Source of the DNA: Candidatus Falkowbacteria bacterium
GTDB taxonomy: Bacteria > Patescibacteriota > Patescibacteriia > Patescibacteriales > UBA12465
NCBI GenBank assembly: GCA_016432645.1
Contig: CP066698.1
Coordinates: 20,245 to 84,244 of the forward strand
Length of the DNA stretch: 64,000 nucleotides
Direction: 5' to 3'
A model generated the notes under the pieces. The model was not told where the DNA came from and made no database searches. It saw only the letters and a program-made list of their open reading frames with translations. Shown here piece after piece: positions 8,967 to 18,849 of this stretch. The position numbers and the translations under genes were made by a program. Every line of letters starts with the position of its first letter. The stretch's first letter is position 1.

Positions 8967-11498
8967 ATGCCCAAGCAGATTATCTCCTATGAAGGTAAAA
9001 ATCAGGAGCTAGAAACCGTTGATTTAATAAGCCGGCTGGCCGCCGCTAACGATAACGCCGCTTTATCTACGGAAAAATTACAGGCCGTGGCCGCTGAAGC
9101 CTGGCAAACTCTTTATGAAGATATGCCGGAACACGAAGTAGACAAGGCACTTATGCAGGCCGCCGCCCAGCATATTAAGGATGACCCGGATTATGATAAG
9201 TTAGCGGCCGCTTTATTTTTAAAATCAATTTATCGCGAAGTCCTGGGTCTTGATTCCAGTGCGCCCGATTTTTTGGAAGTTTATCGTAGCGGCCTGAAAA
9301 AAGAGTTGCGTTTGGGAATTGACAAAGGCTGGCTGTCGCCTAAGCTACAACGCTTTGATCTTGATAAGCTGGCTGCTATTTTAGACCCGTCTCGCGATGG
9401 ACTTTTTACTTACGCCGGTATTGAAACCCTATCCCGCCGTTATATGATGCGCGATGAAAAGCAGCGCTTAACCGAAGTGCCGCAGTATTTTTGGCTGCGT
9501 GTTTCTATGGGTTTAGCCTGGAACGAAGCGGAACCGGATATTATTGCCGCTGCTTTTTACGAGCGCATGTCTAAGCTTTATTATATTTCCGGCGGCTCTA
9601 CCAACGTTAATGCCGGCGCGCTCAAACCGCGTCTTAGCAATTGTTTTATTATGGAGATGGAAGATAACGTCGACCATATCGGTAAGACCGTTTCTGATGT
9701 TTTAAAATTATCCAAAGCAACCGGCGGCATCGGTTTAGCCGTGACCAAGCTGCGCGCCAGCGGTTCGCCGATTTCCACCAACAATACTTTTTCTTCCGGT
9801 CCCGTGCCCTTTTTACATATCATTGATTCCGCTATCCGGGCAATTTCCCGGGCCGGCAAGAAAATGGGCGCCCTCTGTTTCTATATGGAAAATTGGCATT
9901 ATGATTTTCAAGAATTTTTAGATTTAAAACAGAACGCCGGCGATGATTATCGCCGCACGCGGACGGCTAATACTGCCGTTTATTTATCTGATGAATTTAT
10001 GAAGCGGGTTAAAAACGATGAATATTGGTATTTGTTTGATCCGCAAGAAACACCGGATTTAATTGATTTATACGGCGAGGATTTTAGTGTCCGCTATCAA
10101 AAGTATTGCCATTTAGCCGAGCAGGGTGAAATGCGGGTCTTTAAGAAAGTTAAGGCGCAGGATCAATTCCGGCAGATTATTGTTTCTTTACAAGCTTCGG
10201 CGCATCCCTGGATAACTTTTAAAGATACAATTAATGTCCGCGCTTTAAATAATAATACCGGAACGATTTATGGCTCTAATCTTTGTACCGAGATTACTTT
10301 GCCAACCAATAAGGATAATGTCGCGGTCTGTAATTTAGCATCTATCAATTTGGTTAGACACTTGAAAGAGGAAAACGAAAAATTCAGTGTTGATTGGTTG
10401 GAGCTGGAGCGGAGCGTCCGTTTAGCCGTCCGTCAGCTGGATAATTTAGTGGATATTAATGAGCCGCCGATAATTGAAGCGCGTAATTTTGACAGCCACA
10501 ACCGCGCTGTGGGTTTGGGCGTGATGGGGCTGGCGGATATGTTTGAAAAATTTGATATCGCTTATGACTCTCAAGAAGCCTATGAACTGAGCGACGCCGT
10601 TATGGAGTTTATCAGTTATCAAGCGATTGATGCCAGCGCTAATTTAGCGCAAGAGCGCGGCGCTTATGACAATTTCTACGGTTCCATGTGGTCTAAGGGT
10701 TATGTACCGCTTGATACTGTTAAAGTTTTAGAGCATGGTCGTGATAATCTGGAAAGTTCGGAAATTAATACTTCTTTTCGTTTGGATTGGGATAAATTGC
10801 GTCTCAAGGTAAAGCAGGGAATGCGTAATTCAACTTTAATGGCGGTTGCTCCAACAGCGAACATTGGTTTGGTAGCGGGAACTTCAACCGGGATTGATCC
10901 TCGTTTTGCCCAGATTTTTAGCCGCAACACCCTCGGCGGCAAACACTTAGAATTAAATGTTAATCTGGTTAATAAGCTGAAAAAATTAAATCTTTGGGAG
11001 CGCGCTAAAGATGATATTTTGGCTTCTTATGGCGATATCAGCGGCTTGGATTATATCCCGGAAAATATTAAACATATTTATAAAGATTCTTTCTCTGTTG
11101 ATCCGCAAGCTTTTGTGGAAGTTGCTTCGCGTTCTCAAAAATGGGTTGACCAAGCGATTAGCCGCAATATGTATTTGGCAACCAGAGAAATTGATGAGGT
11201 GATGAATGTTTATATTAAGGCTTGGGAGAAGGGCTTGAAGACCACTTATTATTTACACATGAAGCCTCGCCACAGCGCCGAACAATCAACGGTTGCCGTT
11301 AATAAATCAACCGCTATTGGCAAGGCTGGATTTGGAGCGGTGGCCAAAAAAGTTGGTTTTGGAGCCACGGTGGTAGCGACCAGTGCGGAATTAGAAAAAG
11401 TGGCGACCCCAGTTGAAGTTAAAATTGAAGAATCTGTTCAATTTAAGGCCTGTCCAACTGATCCTCAGGAGCGCGCTCAGTGCGATAGCTGCCAATAA
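8967..11498 (+). CDS. nrdA: Class I ribonucleoside-diphosphate reductase alpha subunit
   Basis: LSNCF, GSNLCTEI, AVCNLAS, APTANI, KTTYY, C-terminal CDSC. Confidence 0.96.
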   Translation: MPKQIISYEGKNQELETVDLISRLAAANDNAALSTEKLQAVAAEAWQTLYEDMPEHEVDKALMQAAAQHIKDDPDYDKLAAALFLKSIYREVLGLDSSAPDFLEVYRSGLKKELRLGIDKGWLSPKLQRFDLDKLAAILDPSRDGLFTYAGIETLSRRYMMRDEKQRLTEVPQYFWLRVSMGLAWNEAEPDIIAAAFYERMSKLYYISGGSTNVNAGALKPRLSNCFIMEMEDNVDHIGKTVSDVLKLSKATGGIGLAVTKLRASGSPISTNNTFSSGPVPFLHIIDSAIRAISRAGKKMGALCFYMENWHYDFQEFLDLKQNAGDDYRRTRTANTAVYLSDEFMKRVKNDEYWYLFDPQETPDLIDLYGEDFSVRYQKYCHLAEQGEMRVFKKVKAQDQFRQIIVSLQASAHPWITFKDTINVRALNNNTGTIYGSNLCTEITLPTNKDNVAVCNLASINLVRHLKEENEKFSVDWLELERSVRLAVRQLDNLVDINEPPIIEARNFDSHNRAVGLGVMGLADMFEKFDIAYDSQEAYELSDAVMEFISYQAIDASANLAQERGAYDNFYGSMWSKGYVPLDTVKVLEHGRDNLESSEINTSFRLDWDKLRLKVKQGMRNSTLMAVAPTANIGLVAGTSTGIDPRFAQIFSRNTLGGKHLELNVNLVNKLKKLNLWERAKDDILASYGDISGLDYIPENIKHIYKDSFSVDPQAFVEVASRSQKWVDQAISRNMYLATREIDEVMNVYIKAWEKGLKTTYYLHMKPRHSAEQSTVAVNKSTAIGKAGFGAVAKKVGFGATVVATSAELEKVATPVEVKIEESVQFKACPTDPQERAQCDSCQ

Positions 11499-11519
11499 TT
11501 AAAATAGAAATATAAATAT

Positions 11520-12500
11520 ATGATACTTGGAAAACCATTAAATGAAGATATGAATCTGCGTCCCATAAAATATCAGTGGGCCTATGATTTATATAACCAA
11601 GCGGTCGCCAATACTTGGTTCCCGCACGAAATCGCGCTCGGTGAAGACTTGGATGATTGGCGCAAAATGGATGAAGATGAAAAGCAGGCCGTTAGTTTTT
11701 TAATGAGCTTTTTTAATCCCGGCGAGCTGATTGTAAATCGGACGCTGGCGCTTGGCGTCTATCCTTATTTAAAAGCGCCGGAAGCTCATTTATATCTGGC
11801 GAAGCAAATGTGGGAAGAGGCAAATCATTGCGTCGCCTTTGAATATGTTTTAGAAACTTTTCCGCTGAATAAAGAAAAGATTTTTGCCCAGCATTTGGAA
11901 ATTCCGTCTATTAAAGCGAAAGAAGATTTTATTGCCAAGTTTTTAAATCGCATGAGCGACACCAGTCTAGATATTGAAAGTTTAGAGGGGAAACAAGAAT
12001 TCGTCCGCAACTTAGTCGCTTATAATATCGTGATGGAAGGCACTTGGTTTTATTCCGGCTTTATGGTTGCCCTTTCTTTCCGCCAAAAGCAGAAGTTGAA
12101 GAATTTTGGTTCGATGATTGACTGGGTCGTGCGCGATGAAAGTTTGCATCTTAAATTCGGCATTAATTTGATTTTAACGATCTTGGAAGAAAATCCGGAA
12201 ATCGCAACGGCCGAGTTTGCCGAAGAAATTAAAAATATTGTTATTGACGGTGTTAATTTGGAAACCGCCTATAATCGTGATTTGTTCCCGCGCGGAATTT
12301 TAGGTATCAACGCTGATTATGTTAACCAGTATGTAGAGTATGTGGCTGACAGGCGTTTGGAAGAATTAGGCTTTGAGCCGCATTTTAATACGGTTAATCC
12401 GGCGCAGTGGATGGCGACCGAGACAGATACCCTGGAACTCGTCAACTTCTTTGAGGCTCAAAATACTAAATACGAGGTTGATAACCGGGCGCATAAGTAA
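11520..12500 (+). CDS. nrdB: Ribonucleotide reductase beta subunit, class Ic (Mn/Fe R2c) type
   Basis: Metal ligands E69, E100, H103, E173, E207, H210; Phe107 at the radical-Tyr position; C-terminal NFFE...Y. Confidence 0.93.
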   Translation: MILGKPLNEDMNLRPIKYQWAYDLYNQAVANTWFPHEIALGEDLDDWRKMDEDEKQAVSFLMSFFNPGELIVNRTLALGVYPYLKAPEAHLYLAKQMWEEANHCVAFEYVLETFPLNKEKIFAQHLEIPSIKAKEDFIAKFLNRMSDTSLDIESLEGKQEFVRNLVAYNIVMEGTWFYSGFMVALSFRQKQKLKNFGSMIDWVVRDESLHLKFGINLILTILEENPEIATAEFAEEIKNIVIDGVNLETAYNRDLFPRGILGINADYVNQYVEYVADRRLEELGFEPHFNTVNPAQWMATETDTLELVNFFEAQNTKYEVDNRAHK

Positions 12501-12516
12501 TTATTAAATTTTAGAT

Positions 12517-12548
12517 AAAAAGGCCGAGTTTTTACACTCGGTTTTTTT
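12517..12548 (+). terminator. Intrinsic terminator after nrdB
   Basis: AAAAAGGCCGAGT-ttttac-ACTCGGTTTTTTT. Confidence 0.8.
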
Positions 12549-12550
12549 GT

Positions 12551-12579
12551 TTGACAAAAATTGAAATATATTTTATAGT
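12551..12579 (+). promoter_or_regulatory. Sigma70-type promoter of the orphan gene at 12627
   Basis: TTGACA-17 bp-TATAGT. Confidence 0.7.
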
Positions 12580-12626
12580 TAGCGGTTAGATTGAACATTA
12601 AAAATTAATCAAAAAATAAATTAATC

Positions 12627-14240
12627 ATGAAAAAAGATGACAGTATTGTTTTGTCTAAGCCTGAAATCAGGCCGATTTTGAATCCTCAGGATTCAGTGAA
12701 AGTCGTTTTAAACGGCGGCGTCTATCAGCTTGATGATGCAACTATTCCTTTTCGGATGGGTTTTAGTCAGAAGATTGCCGAAAAGAAACCAACCCATGTC
12801 ATGGTTATAGATATAACCGATGATGCCTTCTATCCAAACGGTAATCGTAAGAATTCCGACTCTGTATCTGAGAGAAGTTTATTCACTCTTGAGCCAATAA
12901 ATTATCTTCAGTTAAAAAAATCGGGCGAACATCACTTGATTTTCCTACTTTTTAACGAATTTCCAAAGTATCAGTATGAGCAATTATTATCAAAGAGAAT
13001 CGGCTACGATCATGCTATCGGTTTCTCGCAGATGGAGAATAATAAGGTTCTATTTTATCAAGTAGGATACTGTGAGGTTATAATTAACGTTCCGAAAGAA
13101 CTTTTTGCCAAGAAACCGGAAACCAAATGGTCAAAAGCCGTTTGGAATTGGGTTAATTCCTGGCACAAACTTACGCCGGTAGACGAATGTGAATACCGGA
13201 AACGCAAGATTTTTGCTTTTACCGGTAAGCCTATTATTTGGTTTTTGGGATTTTTGGCCCGTTTGGTGATCGTCTCCATAGTAACGCTTTTACAGTTTAT
13301 TGTGAGAGTTATTTGCCTTATTTTCGGCTATCAGCCGGTTAAATTTTTCCCGCATTTTAAAGAAGCGTGGATAGATTTTCTTTGTCGTTATTCGCAATCG
13401 TCCTTAAAGATGGATCGAATATTTGATGTTGCTGATTATTGGTTCGGAACAACGGTGTCCTTGAAAAACTTTGAAGTCGCTAATGAAGATGAAGAAGATT
13501 TTCATGAATACAAAGAGCATCACTTTTTCGGTTGGAAATTCCATTTGCCAATTACAATTTTTGGCTTTGTATTCTATGTTGGAGGAATATCTATGTATTT
13601 AGTTTTATTAGCTTCGATGTTCTCCTTTGATGGTGTTAGCTTTATCGGTAGTATTGGCGCTCTGGTTTTTACTCTCTTTATTTCTGTTTTAGCTTCTTCG
13701 CTTTTAGCCTTTAATACTTTGCCGACTTTATATGGCAATCAAAATTGGAAAAGAAAATGGGATAGGTTTGAGCTGGATTATAATAACCGGCGTCCTAAAA
13801 TTTTTAGAAATAGTATTATTGCGTCTGGCGGCTTAGCAGTACTAGTTTTTCTTATTTCTGCCTTGGCTCGTTTTATGATGAGTCGTCCGGCTCAAGAAGC
13901 TCCAAGCGAGCCTTCATCTACGGATTTGAGGTTTGTTCTCATCATTGCCGGTTTTATTCTTTTGTATTTTTTATTTTTGTTTATTGCCCGTCTGGTTTCA
14001 CCTTTTTTTAAGAAGGTAGGTAAAAAGGCAAAAACAAAAGTTACCGCTATTGTTAGTGAATCAAAAAAAACCAAAGAAATCAAAAGAGTTGAATGGTTAA
14101 AGAAAAGCTTTAATCTTGAAACAATGCCTGAAAAGGTTGATGTCGCCAAGGCTCCCGAGCCTTCGGTTTTTGTCCATCGTTTTACGATTAAGTTCTGGCA
14201 GGCTAAAGCTAAAGTTTGCCGCCCCTATGCTAAAAATTAA
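12627..14240 (+). CDS. Hypothetical multi-pass membrane protein
   Basis: 537 aa; soluble N-terminal domain, about 5 hydrophobic segments, C-terminal KAKVCRPYAKN; has its own promoter and terminator. Confidence 0.8.
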   Translation: MKKDDSIVLSKPEIRPILNPQDSVKVVLNGGVYQLDDATIPFRMGFSQKIAEKKPTHVMVIDITDDAFYPNGNRKNSDSVSERSLFTLEPINYLQLKKSGEHHLIFLLFNEFPKYQYEQLLSKRIGYDHAIGFSQMENNKVLFYQVGYCEVIINVPKELFAKKPETKWSKAVWNWVNSWHKLTPVDECEYRKRKIFAFTGKPIIWFLGFLARLVIVSIVTLLQFIVRVICLIFGYQPVKFFPHFKEAWIDFLCRYSQSSLKMDRIFDVADYWFGTTVSLKNFEVANEDEEDFHEYKEHHFFGWKFHLPITIFGFVFYVGGISMYLVLLASMFSFDGVSFIGSIGALVFTLFISVLASSLLAFNTLPTLYGNQNWKRKWDRFELDYNNRRPKIFRNSIIASGGLAVLVFLISALARFMMSRPAQEAPSEPSSTDLRFVLIIAGFILLYFLFLFIARLVSPFFKKVGKKAKTKVTAIVSESKKTKEIKRVEWLKKSFNLETMPEKVDVAKAPEPSVFVHRFTIKFWQAKAKVCRPYAKN

Positions 14241-14260
14241 AATTAGCATCAGATATGTTC

Positions 14261-14290
14261 GCCGCCGGTCAATAGATCGGCGGTTTTTTT
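14261..14290 (+). terminator. Intrinsic terminator after the orphan gene
   Basis: GCCGCCGGTC-aata-GATCGGCGGT followed by a T tract. Confidence 0.85.
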
Positions 14291-14416
14291 ATTATCCGAT
14301 TTAATGTCCAAAAACATCCATTTTGTCAATATTTATTTTATTAAATATCCGTATTATACTGGAATTGAATAGAAAGCCGTTTAGACGGCAATTTTTTGGT
14401 TATTAATAGAAAAATT

Positions 14417-17152
14417 ATGAGTATTTTTAGCAAGTTGTTTCCTGATGCCAATCAGAAAGTAATTGACAGCCTGAAACCAACAGTCGCCAAGATAAATAGT
14501 TTAGAAAAAGAGTATCAAGCTTTGAGCCCGGAAGATTTAAAATCTAAGACGGCTGATTTTAAAATGCGCTTAGAAAAGGGTTCAACTTTAGACGATGTTT
14601 TGCCGGAAGCTTTTGCAGCCGTTCGAGAAGCGTCGGTGAGAATTTTGGGGCAAAGACATTACGATGTTCAGCTTATTGGTGGCATCGTGCTTCATCGTGG
14701 CCAAATAGCGGAAATGCGTACCGGCGAAGGCAAAACTTTAGTCGCGACTTTGCCGCTTTATTTAAATGCCCTTGATGGCCAAGGGGTTCATTTAATTACT
14801 GTTAATGATTACTTAGCGCGCGTCGGCGCTGGTTGGATGGCGCCAGTTTATTATGCTCTAGGACTAACAACAAGTGTTATCGTTCATGATAACGCTTATG
14901 TTTATGATCCGGAATATATTGATGAGAGCCAATTTGATGAGCGCTTGCAGCATTTCCGTCGCGTACCGCGCCGCGATGCTTATTATTGCGACATAACTTA
15001 TGGAACCAATAACGAGTTTGGTTTTGATTATTTGCGCGACAATATGGTTTATACGCTGGCACAAACAGTACAAAGACCCCTTCATTATGCCATTGTTGAT
15101 GAAATTGATTCTATTTTAATTGATGAGGCGCGCACCCCTTTAATTATTTCCGCACCAGCTGAAGAGTCGGGCGAAAAATATGCCCGCTTTGCACAAATAG
15201 TTGAACATCTTGAAGAAAATGATGATTATAATGTTGATGAAAAAATGCGTGCCGCGACTTTAACTGAAGGCGGGATTGCAAAAGTAGAAAAAATCTTAGG
15301 TTTGGGAAATATTTATGTCGAAGGCGGCGTGAAGGAGGTTCATCACTTGGAGCAGGCCTTAAAGGCGCGCGTCTTATTCAAACGCGATAAAGATTATGTG
15401 GTTAAAGACGGCGAAATAGTTATCGTTGATGAATTCACCGGCCGCATGATGCCTGGCCGCCGTTATAGCGAGGGTTTACATCAAGCAATTGAAGCCAAGG
15501 AGGGTGTTAAGGTTCAAAAAGAATCTCAGACCATGGCCACGATTACTTTCCAAAACTTATTTAGAATGTATCACAAGTTGTCTGGTATGACCGGAACCGC
15601 GGCCACCGAAGCGGAAGAATTCCATAAAATTTATAATTTAGAAACGATTGTTATTCCAACTAACCGCCCGAATGTCCGAAAAGACATGAATGATTTAATT
15701 TATCGCACTGAAGAAGATAAGTTCAAGGCGGTTATCCGCGATGTTAAAGAACGCAGTGAAAAGGGCCAGCCGGTTTTAATTGGTACGATTTCCATTGAGA
15801 AGAACGAAATCCTAACGGAAATGATGGAACGTGAAGGACTAAGGCCGCAAATGTTAAATGCTAAAAACCATCAACGGGAAGCGGAAATTATCGCTCAGGC
15901 CGGACGCCGGGGAGCGATTACTCTGGCGACTAATATGGCCGGCCGCGGTGTTGATATTATTTTAGGAGGCAATCCTCCAGAGAAATCTGAGCAAGAGGCG
16001 GTTCAAGCCGCAGGAGGATTACATGTCATTGGCACGGAACGTCATGAATCGCGTCGTATTGATAACCAGTTGCGCGGCCGCGCCGGCCGCCAAGGCGATC
16101 CCGGTTCTTCACAGTTTTATGTTTCTACCGATGACGATTTGATGCGGATTTTCGGCGGCGACCGGATGAAGAATTTGATGAAGACTTTGAATGTCCCGGC
16201 CGATATGCCGATTGAAAATAAGATGATTTCCAAATCAATTGAAAGCGCCCAGAAAAAAGTTGAAGGCAATAATTTTGATATCCGCAAACATTTAGTTGAA
16301 TACGATGATGTTATTAATAAGCACCGGACTGCGATTTATCGTCGTCGCCGCGAAATAATTGATTTAAGTGAAGGAATTATTAAGTCGGAAGAAGGCGCGC
16401 CTAAAACTTTAGCGGAGATTGTTATTCCGATGGTTAAGGATGAAGTTAAAGGAGTTGTTGATTTTCATACTGCCGCTGAACAGGCTGCCGCTTGGAATCT
16501 CAAAGAAATTTTTGAAACCGTTAAAACTATTATGTCGGTTTCTGAAGAAGTTAAGGAAAAATTAAATTCTTTAGTTGCTGCCGGTGGGCGCCCAGAAATA
16601 ATCAGGGAAAATATAATTTCTTATTTAGAAACCGAAATTGAAAATCGCTATGCTCTTATGTCTGATAAGTTTTCAGCGGCGGGCGTTGATTTTAAAGAAA
16701 TAGAAAAGGGAATCCTTATTAGAACGATTGATAATTTTTGGGTTGAGCATTTGGAAACTGTTGACTACTTGCGCCGCGGCATCGGTTTGCGCGGCTATGG
16801 CCAGCGCGACCCGCTAGTGGAATATAAAAAGGAAGCTTATTTGATGTATCAAGAATTAAATAATTTAATTAATCGGGATGTTGCTTATTCAATTTTCAAG
16901 GCCGGAGAAGCTTTTGCGGCAGCCGCTGAACGAGCATTGGAAACTGAGGCGGTGAAAATGTTTGCTAATCAACCAGCCGCTAAATTGGAATTCACCGGTG
17001 CCCAAAAAGAAATGCATAAACAGGCGGAAGCGCGTAATACCGCCGACTTAGTTCATGAAAAGACTAAGGATGAAAGTGGCGAGAAGGTTGGCCGCAACGA
17101 TCCTTGTCCTTGCGGCAGCGGTTTGAAGTATAAAAAGTGTCATGGGAAATAA
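14417..17152 (+). CDS. secA: Preprotein translocase ATPase SecA
   Basis: EMRTGEGKT, IVDEIDSILIDEARTPLIIS, QLRGRAGRQGDPG, C-terminal SEC-C motif CPCGSGLKYKKCH; ATG at 14417 preferred over TTG at 14396. Confidence 0.98.
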   Translation: MSIFSKLFPDANQKVIDSLKPTVAKINSLEKEYQALSPEDLKSKTADFKMRLEKGSTLDDVLPEAFAAVREASVRILGQRHYDVQLIGGIVLHRGQIAEMRTGEGKTLVATLPLYLNALDGQGVHLITVNDYLARVGAGWMAPVYYALGLTTSVIVHDNAYVYDPEYIDESQFDERLQHFRRVPRRDAYYCDITYGTNNEFGFDYLRDNMVYTLAQTVQRPLHYAIVDEIDSILIDEARTPLIISAPAEESGEKYARFAQIVEHLEENDDYNVDEKMRAATLTEGGIAKVEKILGLGNIYVEGGVKEVHHLEQALKARVLFKRDKDYVVKDGEIVIVDEFTGRMMPGRRYSEGLHQAIEAKEGVKVQKESQTMATITFQNLFRMYHKLSGMTGTAATEAEEFHKIYNLETIVIPTNRPNVRKDMNDLIYRTEEDKFKAVIRDVKERSEKGQPVLIGTISIEKNEILTEMMEREGLRPQMLNAKNHQREAEIIAQAGRRGAITLATNMAGRGVDIILGGNPPEKSEQEAVQAAGGLHVIGTERHESRRIDNQLRGRAGRQGDPGSSQFYVSTDDDLMRIFGGDRMKNLMKTLNVPADMPIENKMISKSIESAQKKVEGNNFDIRKHLVEYDDVINKHRTAIYRRRREIIDLSEGIIKSEEGAPKTLAEIVIPMVKDEVKGVVDFHTAAEQAAAWNLKEIFETVKTIMSVSEEVKEKLNSLVAAGGRPEIIRENIISYLETEIENRYALMSDKFSAAGVDFKEIEKGILIRTIDNFWVEHLETVDYLRRGIGLRGYGQRDPLVEYKKEAYLMYQELNNLINRDVAYSIFKAGEAFAAAAERALETEAVKMFANQPAAKLEFTGAQKEMHKQAEARNTADLVHEKTKDESGEKVGRNDPCPCGSGLKYKKCHGK

Positions 17153-17157
17153 ATTTT

Positions 17158-17481
17158 ATGAAAACGCTAAAGTTTAGAAAAAATTTAGCAGAGGAAATAT
17201 TGGCCGGCCGGAAGACGGCAACTTGGCGTTTGTTTGATGATAAAGATTTGCAAATTGGCGATCAGGTTGAATTATTAGTTTGGGAAACTAAAGAAAAATT
17301 TGCTACCGCCGAGATTATCGCGCTTAAAGAAAAGAAATTACAAGACATTAAAGAGGAGGATTTTATTGGTCATGAAAAATTCGCGAGCCGCGAAGATATG
17401 CTTGAAAACTATCAATCTTTTTATGGCGATAAAGTAAATTGGGAGACGCCTATTAAAATGTTAGATTTTAAAATAATTTAG
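17158..17481 (+). CDS. ASCH/PUA-like domain protein
   Basis: LKF...ILAGRKTATWR (ASCH GxKxxxxR motif), DLQIGD; ATG at 17158 follows the secA stop. Confidence 0.85.
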   Translation: MKTLKFRKNLAEEILAGRKTATWRLFDDKDLQIGDQVELLVWETKEKFATAEIIALKEKKLQDIKEEDFIGHEKFASREDMLENYQSFYGDKVNWETPIKMLDFKII

Positions 17482-17486
17482 AAAAT

Positions 17487-18227
17487 ATGAGCTCTGAAAA
17501 GATGCCAAATTTTTCAGCTAGTCCGGAGAAAAAGAAAGAACTCGGTGCTTTGCAATATATTAATCTGCAAATGAAAGAAGCAATTTCTGAGGAAGACTAT
17601 GAACAAGCAGTCTGTCTGCGGGATATCCAAGAAAAATTAAGCAAAAATAATCAGCCGCTACCTTGTATTCGTCAGGAAGATATTCTGGAAGATGAAAAGG
17701 AAAAATCAGAGTCAGAGGACGAGGAGGATAGTCCGGCTATGAGAGCTTGGCAGGGAATTGAATCAAAGCAAATGGCTGATTTGTATGTTGGCAAAGATAT
17801 TGTTAAGTCATCTTCTTTTTCTCATTATTTAAAAGGCAATGATAAATATTTGGGCGGGTTTGCCAGGGAACTTTGGGATGATGTCAGACATTACAAGCAT
17901 CTTGAAGATTTAGACGAGAGAACTGATTATTTATCTTCTCTTCACAATTTATACAGCGAAGCGCAAGAGCTAAGAAATATTGCGAAAGCAAAGATTGATA
18001 ATATTTTTCAAATGTATAATAAGCGCGAACCGATTTTAAAAGCTGACACTGAAAGTATTCCGAAATATTTTCCGGGTCTGCCAAAAACGCAGGATATATT
18101 GCGTAAGAAAATGGAAGCGATGCCGGATTTTATCAGTGAACCGCTCGCTTATTGGAATGGTGTGTATGATAATTCTAGTCAAATCGCCGATGATTTAGAG
18201 CTGGCGATTAAAGAAATGACCGAATAA
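17487..18227 (+). CDS. Hypothetical helical protein with N-terminal UVR (UvrB/UvrC) motif, paralog A
   Basis: MKEAISEEDYEQAVCLRD; shares motifs with 18850..19578. Confidence 0.8.
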   Translation: MSSEKMPNFSASPEKKKELGALQYINLQMKEAISEEDYEQAVCLRDIQEKLSKNNQPLPCIRQEDILEDEKEKSESEDEEDSPAMRAWQGIESKQMADLYVGKDIVKSSSFSHYLKGNDKYLGGFARELWDDVRHYKHLEDLDERTDYLSSLHNLYSEAQELRNIAKAKIDNIFQMYNKREPILKADTESIPKYFPGLPKTQDILRKKMEAMPDFISEPLAYWNGVYDNSSQIADDLELAIKEMTE

Positions 18228-18231
18228 ATTT

Positions 18232-18819
18232 ATGAATAACGATATTAATTTTTTATTTGAATTAGGCACAATGCGCAATGTGCCGCGCGCTTGGCGCCAG
18301 CATTTTGGTTTAGATTGCGCGAGCGTCCATGAGCACACTTATCGCGTTGTTTGGCTGGCTTTAATGTTAGCCCGGATGGAAAAGAATGTTGATGAAAATA
18401 AAATTATTAAAATGGCTCTAGTCCATGATATTTCTGAAATTAGAACTTCTGATTTAGGTTATATTCAAAAAGTTTATACTAAAGCGAACGATGACCAGGC
18501 GGCTCATGATTCTTTGGCGGAGACTATTTTTGCTGATTTTTATAGTGAGGTGTTTAAAGAATATGAAGAACGAAATTCTTTGGAAGCCAAAATTGTCAAA
18601 GATGCTGATAATTTGGATATTGATTTAGAACTGAAAGAGTTAGAAGAACGTGGTTCAAAACTACCAGCCAAATTACAAGATTTTCGCAAATTAGTCAGAA
18701 ATGAAAAATTATATACCGCATCCGCCAAAAAAGTTTGGGATGAAATCCAGGCAACCGACGTTTCCGATTGGCATCTGAAGGCTAATAAATGGGTGAAGAT
18801 GCCGGAAACCGGGAGATAA
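18232..18819 (+). CDS. HD-domain phosphohydrolase (YfbR/HDDC2-like 5'-deoxynucleotidase family)
   Basis: VPRAW, SVHEHTYRV, ALVHDISE, KDADNLD. Confidence 0.88.
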   Translation: MNNDINFLFELGTMRNVPRAWRQHFGLDCASVHEHTYRVVWLALMLARMEKNVDENKIIKMALVHDISEIRTSDLGYIQKVYTKANDDQAAHDSLAETIFADFYSEVFKEYEERNSLEAKIVKDADNLDIDLELKELEERGSKLPAKLQDFRKLVRNEKLYTASAKKVWDEIQATDVSDWHLKANKWVKMPETGR

Positions 18820-18849
18820 TTTTTATTAATTCGTATTAATTTTAAATGT

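Noticed and set aside
14324-14329. TTGACA on the minus strand upstream of secA, a possible antisense promoter into the orphan gene
   Set aside because: There is no acceptable -10 element at 16-18 bp spacing.
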